A DNA stretch of 63,575 bases from a virus (lineage: Duplodnaviria > Caudoviricetes), in IMG/VR virus record IMGVR_UViG_3300017705_000681, positions 1-63,575 of that record. One strand, given 5' to 3'. The position numbers and the translations under genes are program-made. Positions 1 to 9,419 of this stretch are shown piece by piece (within the stretch, counting starts at the first letter, position 1; each line of letters opens with the position of its first letter). Under the pieces are notes generated by a model, which was given only the letters and a program-made list of their open reading frames with translations, made no database searches and was not told where the DNA came from.

Positions 1-777
1 ACGGTCAATTTCCAAAGAAACTTCCTTGCCAAGCAAGTCAGTCAATTCACGCTCAAGGTCCAAGTTGTGGTACGCACGCAGGTCCTGAGCAGCTTCGAGA
101 GTCCAAAGCGCACGGAACTTACGGGTGCGAGCCATAACGGCTTGTTGTTCGATATGGAAGTTGATTTCTGGAATTCCAGTACCTGCAAGGTTTTCACCAG
201 TGGATACGTCAAGAGCGTAAGTCTTGGTAGTATCTGGGAAAGCAGCAATCTTACCACCAACAGTATCGTTAGCAGCGAGAGTGTGCCCGGACAAACCAGG
301 TTGGTCACCAAAACCATCGTATGGTCCCCCATCAGCGATTTGGTCATCCAAAGATGAAAGTGCGCCCCAACCACCATCGGCGTTAGCCGCGGCATCGCGA
401 CCAGCGTACGTTAGGTTGTAACGGCTGTATACGGTTTCGGTTCCAGCATTGCCACCCGTGCCTGAACGGGAGTAACCTAGGTAGAATACCTGGGATACAG
501 GGGCTTGCATTGGCTGAACGCCACAAACCTTATTAGCAATTAGTTCCGGGAATACCCGGCGAATGAGAGGGAACGCAAATTTCTGAAAAGTTCCAAGTGA
601 GCCGACTTGAGTGGATTCTTGTAGTGATTGTCCATCTTTAGCCATTTCGTTCATGATAGAACGTGCTTGGTTCTCTAAAAGGACAGCGGTACTCTCACGG
701 GTTGATGAGTCCTCAATCCCTTCCAGAATAGGATTCCACTTCTCAGTAAGCGTACGTGAAGTGTCTTTATTTAACAT
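1..777 (-). CDS. gp23: Major capsid protein, T4 gp23-like (3' end runs off the window)
   Basis: Missing from the ORF track; translated by hand from the ATG at 777: MLNKDTSRTLTEKWNPILEG...TAVLLENQ...FAFPLIRRVFPELIANKVCGVQPMQAP...ARTRKFRALWTLEAAQDLRAYHNLDLERELTDLLGKEVSLEIDR. These are hallmark gp23 motifs. Lies directly downstream of the scaffold and protease genes. Confidence 0.97.
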   Translation of the reverse strand, partial: MLNKDTSRTLTEKWNPILEGIEDSSTRESTAVLLENQARSIMNEMAKDGQSLQESTQVGSLGTFQKFAFPLIRRVFPELIANKVCGVQPMQAPVSQVFYLGYSRSGTGGNAGTETVYSRYNLTYAGRDAAANADGGWGALSSLDDQIADGGPYDGFGDQPGLSGHTLAANDTVGGKIAAFPDTTKTYALDVSTGENLAGTGIPEINFHIEQQAVMARTRKFRALWTLEAAQDLRAYHNLDLERELTDLLGKEVSLEIDR

Positions 778-781
778 AATA

Positions 782-1393
782 TTATTTATCCTCCGTGAAA
801 GTACGCGATAGGCGCACCACATCTTCGGTGAGGAAACGGTTTTCCGAAGACGCATTTGTGAAATTATCTACCGTATCAGTTTCGTTAGTGATAACTACTG
901 CCGATTCGGAAGAGCGGAATGGTGTATCCACTCGCTCTTGTAGGTTTTGGTTCTCTTCCATTAGAGATGACATCTCACTTTTTGAGGAACCTAGCTTGCC
1001 TTCTAGCAAGCGATTTTCTTGAGCCGAGTGCTCAAGCGCTGAATTCAAAGTTGTAACTGATTCTTCAAGGCTTGCAATTTTTGCAGCGTAAGAATTAGTG
1101 ATGCTGTCTGTATCTTCGGAGACAATATCTGCCGCTACTAACTGCTTGACCGCTTCGTAAATTTTTACGGCACGGAAAGTTTCGTCGGTAGCTTTTAATT
1201 CTTCTTGAGCAGTTTCTTTGAGTTGGTCTAATTTGGTACGTAGAAAACTGCTCACCTTAGACTCTAGAAGTTTTACTTCATCGGCGACGCGCTGGTCCAC
1301 ATGCTCATTGATGAGGTTATGGATTTCGGCTGCGCCACTCTTGGAGAGGTCTCCGGGGAGGGCTTTTACGATTTGGTCAAGAGTGTTACTCAT
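782..1393 (-). CDS. Prohead scaffolding/core protein (gp22-like)
   Basis: Acidic coiled-coil protein with several L-x-E sites, in the canonical gp22 position between the protease and the major capsid gene. Confidence 0.75.
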   Translation of the reverse strand: MSNTLDQIVKALPGDLSKSGAAEIHNLINEHVDQRVADEVKLLESKVSSFLRTKLDQLKETAQEELKATDETFRAVKIYEAVKQLVAADIVSEDTDSITNSYAAKIASLEESVTTLNSALEHSAQENRLLEGKLGSSKSEMSSLMEENQNLQERVDTPFRSSESAVVITNETDTVDNFTNASSENRFLTEDVVRLSRTFTEDK

Positions 1394-1431
1394 AATCTTA
1401 TATAATATCTATGTAAACAGGTCTAATAAGT

Positions 1432-2043
1432 CTACTTATTTCTTAGTGTATTCTTAAGGGCTGTAATATAAATTCTTTCCTGCTTATGGTGGTCCATCTT
1501 TTCTACAATAGGGTCACGCTTTTCATGAAGCATGTTCTCCTTTAAAGTTGGGAACGCACCTTGGCACGACGGGTCTGACACCATATCCCAGGTAATCATT
1601 TTTAAATTGTCTTGAACTCGGTAGCAGTCTTCGTGCATATCTTGCTCTAGGCTTCCAGTAGCTCTGGAAGAGATGCCTACCTGTACTCCTGACTTCAGAA
1701 GCTCTTGTAGGACTTTACCGGATGGTGTATTCAACACTTCCGCTTCGCCGATAATCCTGTTACCTTCAAACGTTAGACCAGTAATCAAGTGAGAAGCATT
1801 GGACAAGGAAACAACTTCACTAGAAGGGTGGTCCAATTCACCTACCAATCTACGCTCTGCAATCATAGTACCCAGCTTTTGGCATTCTCGCTCGAGAAGC
1901 TTTTTACTGTAGATTCTTTTATTTCCATTAACAGACTCAGCCTCAGAAAACAGCCCACGAATTTTCATAGGCTTACCCCCCTTACCCTCATTGAGGATTT
2001 GGACTTCTCCAAAGGAGTTGAATTCTCTTAGTAGGTTAGTCAT
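1432..2043 (-). CDS. gp21: Prohead maturation protease (T4 gp21-like)
   Basis: Motifs NGNKRIY, GELDHP, LSNASH, LNTPSGK, GISSRATGS and WDMVSDPS. Confidence 0.95.
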   Translation of the reverse strand: MTNLLREFNSFGEVQILNEGKGGKPMKIRGLFSEAESVNGNKRIYSKKLLERECQKLGTMIAERRLVGELDHPSSEVVSLSNASHLITGLTFEGNRIIGEAEVLNTPSGKVLQELLKSGVQVGISSRATGSLEQDMHEDCYRVQDNLKMITWDMVSDPSCQGAFPTLKENMLHEKRDPIVEKMDHHKQERIYITALKNTLRNK

Positions 2044-2438
2044 TACTTTTTAGGTCTTGGATTGTTATCTAAGTACTGTTGAGCTCTTTTGTTTCTAGCG
2101 GCAACCTCATCATAGGCTCCAAGATAATCGCCACGCTTCGCGCTGCCACGATTACCTTGACTTACATTTGTACTATACGTTGCGTGACTAACTGCTTTCT
2201 TGTCCTGGTTGATGTCATCCATGAAATCTTTTGGTTTGTTCATGCCGGCGAATCTCTTTGCATTAGCTGTGCCTACCTTTCGGGCGCGACGTTTAGCCAA
2301 CTTACCTTTAACCCATTTACCTACTTTAGAGCCGACTATTTTCTTCTTTACATCGCGGACGATGTTTTTGCCAGCTTGCACGATTCCTTGGTCTGTTCGC
2401 ATTTCGCAGAGCATTTGATTTGTTAGTTTTCGTACCAT
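2043..2438 (-). CDS. Basic protein, putative internal head protein
   Basis: Lys/Arg-rich; N-terminal MLCE resembles a gp21 site; stop overlaps the protease start (TAATG). Confidence 0.55.
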   Translation of the reverse strand: MVRKLTNQMLCEMRTDQGIVQAGKNIVRDVKKKIVGSKVGKWVKGKLAKRRARKVGTANAKRFAGMNKPKDFMDDINQDKKAVSHATYSTNVSQGNRGSAKRGDYLGAYDEVAARNKRAQQYLDNNPRPKK

Positions 2439-2440
2439 AA

Positions 2441-3694
2441 TTATTTACCTCCCGCGTACGGGTTTTGTGGATGTTTACGAGAGTGGGAAGATGCTTTACC
2501 GAATCCGCTCTCACCTTTGTCTTGTCCGCTGCCTGCGGGTTTCTTTTTAGCGGTCATTAGTTGGTTCTTAGTCAACTTAACAACTGGACCTCTGCCTCCG
2601 GTTCGGACTCCTCCTGCACCGAAAGTGTCACTTGCGGGACCTTTTCTACCAAAATCGGCAACGCTTACGTCCCCTTTATACCCTTTGCCTGTGGCATTCT
2701 CGGTTAAAAGTTCACCTACAAAGTTGTTAAAAGACTCGTGATACATTGCTTGCATATCTTGATGGATTCTAAATTGAGTTTCATCGTCTTTAGATTGTGC
2801 GCTCTTACGTTTAACGCCTTTGTTGTTGTTTTTACGTCCTCCAGGTGAGGCATCTTTAGGAGCCTTAACCTGCATAATTTTAGGGGGTGTGGACGCAGCT
2901 TTAATTTGTTTAGCTTGGTCTTTGTCTCCAGGTAATTTAACCTGCAGTGCGGGATGGTGAGATTGACCTTTGTCCCCTCCAGCCATATTTACACCAACGG
3001 CGCCTACACTTGTCATCTCAGACACGATTTCCTTAGCTTTTCTAAGGATTTCAATTTGGTCTTGGTTGAGATTTTCGTTTTTCATTTTCTTTACTGGAGC
3101 TTTTTTCTTTTTCGTTAACGATATAGGTTTTATTTGTCCTACGCCGTAACTGTCTGCACTTCTTACCGTTCCGGACTTATCCGTTTCGAAATCTTTTGGT
3201 TTCGGTAGAGGTTTTACATCCTCGCCTCGCAAATAAGCATTTCTATCTTGGTGACCCATAGCTTTCAACTCCTCTGGCGTAGAGGGGGTTACAACCTTTT
3301 TGGCAAACTTTTTAACTCTACCAGCTAAACTCTTAAGGTCTCCTTTTAAAGTGCGTGCTGGCGCTAGGCCACCATGTTTGCTTTTAGGGTCGACCTCCCT
3401 TGCAGTTTTTAAAGTACCGCTTTCTTTTCGTGGTCTGTTTCTATAGTCGCTTTGGTCGCCTGTAACATAAGACTTTGCACGCCCGACAGCAGTTTTAACA
3501 GCATCCATGCGCTTACCTTCACCTAGAACGTGGGACATTAAAACCTCATGCGCAGATTCGGTCAACTCAGGAAGTTCTTCTTGTTTTTCCTGAATTAGAC
3601 CTTCAGCGGTGGGTTGCCCTGTTACCTTGGAGGCATCTGTTAAAACGCCACCTAAAATTTCATCAGCCATTTGCGCGATGGATTTTTGAGACAT
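2441..3694 (-). CDS. Putative internal head/prohead core protein with several protease sites
   Basis: 417 aa in the head cluster; acidic segments ending in LGE, VSE and LTE are each followed by a basic segment. Confidence 0.55.
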   Translation of the reverse strand: MSQKSIAQMADEILGGVLTDASKVTGQPTAEGLIQEKQEELPELTESAHEVLMSHVLGEGKRMDAVKTAVGRAKSYVTGDQSDYRNRPRKESGTLKTAREVDPKSKHGGLAPARTLKGDLKSLAGRVKKFAKKVVTPSTPEELKAMGHQDRNAYLRGEDVKPLPKPKDFETDKSGTVRSADSYGVGQIKPISLTKKKKAPVKKMKNENLNQDQIEILRKAKEIVSEMTSVGAVGVNMAGGDKGQSHHPALQVKLPGDKDQAKQIKAASTPPKIMQVKAPKDASPGGRKNNNKGVKRKSAQSKDDETQFRIHQDMQAMYHESFNNFVGELLTENATGKGYKGDVSVADFGRKGPASDTFGAGGVRTGGRGPVVKLTKNQLMTAKKKPAGSGQDKGESGFGKASSHSRKHPQNPYAGGK

Positions 3695-3696
3695 AA

Positions 3697-4212
3697 TTAC
3701 TTCTCGTTAAGGTAAACTACAAAATCTGCTTCTTCTTCTGTGTCAACAACGAACATTTCGCCTTCTTCGTTTTCAACGATGAAAGCAAATGACTCCGCAG
3801 AGTCTTCGTCCTCGGTTACATTGTATTCGACACCGTTAAGTTCCATAACAAAGTTCTCAGAAGATTCTTCACCTTCCTCAACACTTTCGCATAGAGTTAC
3901 GTAAAAATCGCCATCGCATTCGACGATTTCATCGAAATCCAAAGAAGCCTCATCAAACTCAACGCTTTCCGTTAGGATTGGGTCCTCTTTTACAGATTCA
4001 AAAATGTTGTCAGAAAGTTCTTCAAGCTTGATACAAAGAGTTTCCTCGATTGCGCAAATCTCTGGTGAGAGAGCGAAGAGTTGGTCGTCCACTGCAATGA
4101 TGCTAGGGGTTGCCGGAGTGTTTTCGAGACCCAGGTTTTCCAGAATCATATTGACAACGTTGTCGTCAGCAGGCATGATGCCTAGATTGTCATTGTTTTC
4201 TTTATATTTCAT
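3697..4212 (-). CDS. Highly acidic protein, putative prohead core component
   Basis: Very Glu/Asp-rich 171 aa protein at the start of the head operon, behind a CTAAATA motif. Confidence 0.5.
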   Translation of the reverse strand: MKYKENNDNLGIMPADDNVVNMILENLGLENTPATPSIIAVDDQLFALSPEICAIEETLCIKLEELSDNIFESVKEDPILTESVEFDEASLDFDEIVECDGDFYVTLCESVEEGEESSENFVMELNGVEYNVTEDEDSAESFAFIVENEEGEMFVVDTEEEADFVVYLNEK

Positions 4213-4246
4213 AATAGATTGGGAAGAGGTTTAAACTCTTCTATTT

Positions 4247-4253
4247 TATTTAG
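4247..4253 (-). promoter_or_regulatory. Late promoter-like motif CTAAATA
   Basis: Resembles the T4 late promoter TATAAATA; the same heptamer precedes several late genes. Confidence 0.55.
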
Positions 4254-4256
4254 TAG

Positions 4257-4739
4257 TTACTTAGAAGAATCAACTTGTTTTTTTAGCCCTTCCATGAGAT
4301 TTTCAAGTTGTTTTATCTTAACATCTTGTTCTTCATCTCTTTGGTCAATATCTTTTTGGGAGACAGTATTGCCTAAATCACCAAACTTTTTAACCCACTT
4401 CCTACCACGCTTCGTTACAAGAGGGACTAAAACAAAAATTGCAGCGTACCACCAGCCGAGTTGAAAAATTAAATTTTTAGTTTCATGTATGGTACTTGCA
4501 GTAGTCCCTGGCGCGGGCTTACCTGAGTTAGCGGCTGCTAAGGCAACAGCGTCGCTGACTGGAGCGTCATTATTGGGGAATGCCATTTGTGCTCCAGTTA
4601 CACCAGCGGCTCCCCCTATAGCAGCGCCAGGGGGTCCTCCTAAAGCAGCGCCAATTGCTCCTCCGGTCGCTCCTCCAGCAATAGGCATTAGAGTGCTACA
4701 CCCCGGTAGCAATAAAAAAATAAGTAAAAATCGTAACAT
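4257..4739 (-). CDS. Lipoprotein with glycine zipper, second hydrophobic helix and C-terminal coiled coil
   Basis: Signal peptide with lipobox MLRFLLIFLLLPG-C; GGATGGAIGAALGG zipper; hydrophobic segment LIFQLGWWYAAIFVLVPLV followed by basic residues. Confidence 0.7.
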   Translation of the reverse strand: MLRFLLIFLLLPGCSTLMPIAGGATGGAIGAALGGPPGAAIGGAAGVTGAQMAFPNNDAPVSDAVALAAANSGKPAPGTTASTIHETKNLIFQLGWWYAAIFVLVPLVTKRGRKWVKKFGDLGNTVSQKDIDQRDEEQDVKIKQLENLMEGLKKQVDSSK

Positions 4740-7486
4740 TAATCAACCCAATCATACCCCCCCAAATCTTCTCCACCTACAGAGTTGTCTGCAGTAGGTA
4801 AGTAGGAGGCATTAAGATATCTATGCGCCGGACCCGTAATTTTGATTTTTACACGCTTCCTTTTAAAGCCAGTTTCGGTGGTTGTCCAGTTAATGTAGTG
4901 GGGTTTATAATCAGAAGATAGGTCACCCCACCAGAATGCTTTTTGGTGGTGGTGTTGGTCGGTATGTTCGCTGTGGTTCACTTTTACAATGGGCATGTTA
5001 GTCATTAACACAAACCCATTGTATCCCGGAGAATTTTGGGAGGCTATAAAATCATAACCTTCTTCCTTTGGGGTGCCTGCGGTCCATGTATTCGGTGGGT
5101 AATATTTATTAAAAGTTTGGTGTTCGCCTACACAGTTGGCTACCCAACTAGCAGTTTCCGCGTCGTATTTCGTTTGTCTTTCATCTAAAGTACAAATCGC
5201 ATCATAAGGTCTTAAGTACGTCGGACCGTCCTGGTTGCAGTCGAGGTAGTTGGTAGGAGGTCTTAACGGGGGTCTTGCCCCAAACCTGTACCAAACAAAA
5301 GTTCCCCAATCATTCGCGGTATCAAAACAGTTTGCTACTTCGATTTGTAACGCATCAATAGCTGCCGGGGCAAAACCTAAAGCGTCAACGTCAATCCAGT
5401 AGGGGGCATACCCTAAAGGGATTCCCATATGGGGAAGCTCATTGCGTACTGTTTTTCCTCCGCCTACCGTAACACATTTTGTATACCAATGACCTCTGTC
5501 TGTCCAACTACCTCCATGTCCGAAGCCAGACCAACCTGAACCTTTGCGCCAGTGGTGGTGCCATACCTCTTCGCACTCCTCGTGTGCATCCCGTTCAGGG
5601 TTGAAGGGTGGGAACTCGAAATCTAACTCTAGATGCTGTAGCTTGTACCTATTGTTTGGGTCCAACTGACTGTCTCCCATTTTAGCAGGCAATTCTGGTC
5701 TGTGTTTTGTCGTATGGGTATTTCTCTTGTGTTCAGCCCTGTATTGTGCTGCTGGGTACTCCGTTATGTCTCCATCTTCAAAGAACCCCCATACATTGGT
5801 GTTGTAGCTTAAAAATCGTCTACGGTTAATAATTCTCCGACAAAGGACGTCTTGGGCTCCATATATTCTTGACCTGTAGCTTTCATAAGGTTTCTCTTCG
5901 TGCATCAATTTAAGATTGTACGCGTCGTGGTAAAACCTGTCAAGGTAATTTCTAACAGAGGGGATGTATTGCCCTTTTTGGTACACTAAGTCTCCTGCGA
6001 AGCCTGTACCTGTCAGGGGGTTGTACCCTGGACTATACAACCAACTTGCGTCCTTAGGTCCCACCCCCCACATAGAGCCCCACACGGGTATGGGGGCTGA
6101 GGAGGTTCCACACTTAGGATAAGTGGGGTGAGTTTTTAATTGAGGGAAGGTTCCTCTCGATGATGTTATAGGTGCGGCTTGAGTTTGTGGACGAGCTACA
6201 GCGGCTTCCATAGCTAAAAGCCGTCCTTCGTGGTTTCCAGGAGGTAAAACACGTTGACCTGAACGAATCTCGAAAGTATTCCACTGGTCTTTTCGCATTA
6301 CGTAATCAACTAAAGCCTGGTAATCTGAATCAAGAACAGTTAGGAATCTATTTGTGGCTTCAGGGTTGTATGAGTTTGCAATTGCCTGTCGCTCAGGTAA
6401 TGTGAGCTCGGTGGACCTAAAGAAAGGTCTGATGTCGGCTACCCAGCTTTTTTGAATAGTCCCTCCAGAATACCCTTTGGGAATCTTAACATAAGCTACC
6501 GGGACGCAAAAAAGCCCAACATCTGCTTTTGAAAGGTAGCCATTTTGTGCGCCTGTCTGTTCGTCTGTAGACGAAACAATAGGGGTAAAATAATCAAGCA
6601 CGCCAGGGGTGACGTGGAATGATGCGTTGATGAAGTCGTCAGGCGCAGGAGTGGTTCCAAAAGTACGCGTGGAGGAAAACCTTTCAATGGATGTTAACCC
6701 CATACCGTACGTCTTTGCTTTTGTGATTCCTTTTGAATTTGCCCTTGGCGTTTCTCGGTACTTATCAACCCCTTTAGAGGGACCCCAATCAGGATGCCAC
6801 GTAATATTAGGGTCCTCATCACCCCATAAATAACGGTTATCTCTGATGAATACCGGTGAGTTGCGGAAACCTCCACCTTTAATAACAACCAATTTAGGTT
6901 GCATATTGTCGTCTGAAAGCACAGTGGGGTTTTTATCAAACTGGTCTTGTGAGGGGAATCCTTGAACGCAGACTAAATCTAACCTGTGACTAGGTGGGTC
7001 CGGAGCATAATTTTCAAACCCTCCAAGGTTGGAGTAATTAAAATCTTCATCTTTCCAAGCATCAAAACTGACATGTTCTCCTTGGAAAAAAATAACAGAA
7101 GACCGTTGGGACTCTCCCATCCCATGAAAACCAGTCCGGATGCCCAAGTCAGCGTGGCTTTTATCTGAGTCTTTGCCCCCGCGGCGGGTATTTAATCCTG
7201 AGCCTTTCCCAGTCGACCTAAAAGGTCCTGCTTGGGTTGGCATACGACACAGAAACGTGCCAGGATTTACATACAAGGTATTTTGAACAGCTTCAGGTTG
7301 CAGTGAAAGTACTCTTTCCCTATCAAAATCAATATCTAAGGAATCTTGTAACTTATTGTAAGCCTCATCGATTTGGTCTTGTATAATAACATCGTTATCT
7401 GCAAGACCCTTTAAAGGGTTATTGTCCTCAGTATGCTCATAAGCACCTATTGGTCCATGGAGTTTAACCTTTTTAATTTTTGCCAT
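4739..7486 (-). CDS. Putative tail fibre/baseplate-associated structural protein (paralogue of 7488..9419)
   Basis: 915 aa in the tail cluster; shares RLDL, PAPDD, GLFCVPVAYVKIPKGY, DIRPFFRSTELTL and HEGR blocks with its neighbour. Confidence 0.6.
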   Translation of the reverse strand: MAKIKKVKLHGPIGAYEHTEDNNPLKGLADNDVIIQDQIDEAYNKLQDSLDIDFDRERVLSLQPEAVQNTLYVNPGTFLCRMPTQAGPFRSTGKGSGLNTRRGGKDSDKSHADLGIRTGFHGMGESQRSSVIFFQGEHVSFDAWKDEDFNYSNLGGFENYAPDPPSHRLDLVCVQGFPSQDQFDKNPTVLSDDNMQPKLVVIKGGGFRNSPVFIRDNRYLWGDEDPNITWHPDWGPSKGVDKYRETPRANSKGITKAKTYGMGLTSIERFSSTRTFGTTPAPDDFINASFHVTPGVLDYFTPIVSSTDEQTGAQNGYLSKADVGLFCVPVAYVKIPKGYSGGTIQKSWVADIRPFFRSTELTLPERQAIANSYNPEATNRFLTVLDSDYQALVDYVMRKDQWNTFEIRSGQRVLPPGNHEGRLLAMEAAVARPQTQAAPITSSRGTFPQLKTHPTYPKCGTSSAPIPVWGSMWGVGPKDASWLYSPGYNPLTGTGFAGDLVYQKGQYIPSVRNYLDRFYHDAYNLKLMHEEKPYESYRSRIYGAQDVLCRRIINRRRFLSYNTNVWGFFEDGDITEYPAAQYRAEHKRNTHTTKHRPELPAKMGDSQLDPNNRYKLQHLELDFEFPPFNPERDAHEECEEVWHHHWRKGSGWSGFGHGGSWTDRGHWYTKCVTVGGGKTVRNELPHMGIPLGYAPYWIDVDALGFAPAAIDALQIEVANCFDTANDWGTFVWYRFGARPPLRPPTNYLDCNQDGPTYLRPYDAICTLDERQTKYDAETASWVANCVGEHQTFNKYYPPNTWTAGTPKEEGYDFIASQNSPGYNGFVLMTNMPIVKVNHSEHTDQHHHQKAFWWGDLSSDYKPHYINWTTTETGFKRKRVKIKITGPAHRYLNASYLPTADNSVGGEDLGGYDWVD

Positions 7487-7487
7487 T

Positions 7488-9419
7488 TTAATAAATCGTA
7501 TCCGTAGCTACTTCAACGCCCTCGTACAAATCAGGAGTAACAGAAAGACCTACGAGAGTTACAGAACACATCATAGCACCTTCAATGGCAGTAACATTTG
7601 CATACTTATCGTTTGGTCTCCAGAATGCCCACCATGGGTAATCCCTAACTTTTACCCTTTTTACAGTGTCAGTACACCCAAAATCAAAATCAATAAACCC
7701 AGATTCATATGAACCAGATTCTTCGTCTATATAAGCGTCATGCCTAAAAATATCATAAGTCCAAGCGTCTCCTCCCCATTTCATTTCCATATTAGGGGTT
7801 GCTATAATTGCCTCTACAGGACCTCCTGTATACCCTAAATCAGTTATGTTCAACCTATAATAGCCAGAAGGCATTGGCAGAGAGGGGTTATTGCTTTCAT
7901 TTCCTTCGCGGGTTTCCGTTGCGGTAGAGTAACTTGAGCTTCGATTAGTTAGAGACTCATCGGCAATGTGGAAATGTAATGTAGTGTATAACATCCACTG
8001 ATTTGTCCCTACCTTATATCTTATAGCCCTTATTGTTTTTTTATACGTTTCGTCATTTCTGCGCAAATGCGAATCAGGTAAGACCAAGCCGTCGTCAAGC
8101 ACAAAGTCGAGACTTCCATCAAGTTTGAGTTCGTCGGTTTCGTCTGGGTCTAAGTAGAAAGGTTTTACTTCTTGACCATCCATACATGCTAGGTTAAAAG
8201 GTTGAAAAACCTCAATATCAGCGTTCTCGCGCATCTTCGCTTCCAGTGTCGCGATACGTCCTTCATGGTCTAAAAAAGGTCTTGCGCCTAAACCTTTAAC
8301 TACATCATCTTTAAAATGTAAATACTCGGGGTCATTCAAAGTCATAAACCTATTATTTAAACTTGGAGCATGGGAAGTAGCTAGAGCTTGCCTCTCTGAT
8401 AATGTGAGTTCGGTGGACCTAAACAAAGGTCTAATATCAATTATAGAATCCTCAGACAGTACGTTACCAGCCAAATAACCTCTTGGAACCTTAATATAAG
8501 CTACAGGAAGACAAAACACACCTAGATTATCAAATTGGTTTTCAGCCCAAACATCTAAACTTAAAGGCGTAATTCCTGGTGTGTGTGCTATTGCGCCTGT
8601 AGCGGTAGATGGAGATTTCCAAGAACCATTAACTATATCATCAGGGGCTGGTATTGTTCCGGATTCTCTCCCGTACACATCCACTTGAGATAAGCCTAAA
8701 AGCTTACCTTCTAACCCTTTATCATTTAGAATTTCACCTTCGGTTCTTGGGTTGCTCTCCCCTCCAGAGTTATTTTCAGCTCTAAAATAAGCGCCTTTTA
8801 CGTATCCCAATCTTGGGTTTTCTTCTACGTTCCCAAACCTTGGGACAAACTCATTAGACTCATCCATCGAAGGAGAAGCTTGGATGTAAAGAAGGTCTAT
8901 TCGAAAATCAGGCGCATCAGAATCCGTGAAATCATCATCGTTAAATTCAGGGACAGCAATAGTGTCTAAATCCTTGTAATTTATTACAGCGGTCCGGGCT
9001 GCTGATTTAGCTTCAAACTGTTCATTTCCATCTCTTTGTGCGGATAAGGTCCTAGGTTCATCTTCTGATTGATGACCTTTGAGGAGTACCGAGTTTGAAT
9101 CAGCATCCGAACCCCATAGGCGCTCCATTAACCCATTTTCAAAGGTTGCTTTGGTGTTTACTCTAGAAATGAAATTTCCACTTTCTACTCTTAAAACTCC
9201 ATCCTGTTTTTTACTCCAATACGGGAGCAACTCCTTGAATCCATGTTTACTAGGACTGCTTAAAGCAACATCAATCCTTGTATTCAAAATGTCAATCTGA
9301 GATTGAAGGGAAGCGTCGTTTGCTTGTAAATCCTCCAATGGCAGATTATCCACCTTATAGTAATAAGGGTCCCCCGGCAAGTAATACCTAATGTTTGGGT
9401 TTATTCTTTCTCGTACCAT
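7488..9419 (-). CDS. Putative tail fibre/baseplate-associated structural protein
   Basis: 643 aa; clear paralogy with 4739..7486. Confidence 0.6.
   Translation of the reverse strand: MVRERINPNIRYYLPGDPYYYKVDNLPLEDLQANDASLQSQIDILNTRIDVALSSPSKHGFKELLPYWSKKQDGVLRVESGNFISRVNTKATFENGLMERLWGSDADSNSVLLKGHQSEDEPRTLSAQRDGNEQFEAKSAARTAVINYKDLDTIAVPEFNDDDFTDSDAPDFRIDLLYIQASPSMDESNEFVPRFGNVEENPRLGYVKGAYFRAENNSGGESNPRTEGEILNDKGLEGKLLGLSQVDVYGRESGTIPAPDDIVNGSWKSPSTATGAIAHTPGITPLSLDVWAENQFDNLGVFCLPVAYIKVPRGYLAGNVLSEDSIIDIRPLFRSTELTLSERQALATSHAPSLNNRFMTLNDPEYLHFKDDVVKGLGARPFLDHEGRIATLEAKMRENADIEVFQPFNLACMDGQEVKPFYLDPDETDELKLDGSLDFVLDDGLVLPDSHLRRNDETYKKTIRAIRYKVGTNQWMLYTTLHFHIADESLTNRSSSYSTATETREGNESNNPSLPMPSGYYRLNITDLGYTGGPVEAIIATPNMEMKWGGDAWTYDIFRHDAYIDEESGSYESGFIDFDFGCTDTVKRVKVRDYPWWAFWRPNDKYANVTAIEGAMMCSVTLVGLSVTPDLYEGVEVATDTIY

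Noticed and set aside
42-421. ORF-track entries 42..395(-), 67..357(+) and 224..421(+)
   Set aside because: They are off-frame or antisense shadows of the major capsid gene (777 to <1), which the track missed because it has no stop in the window.
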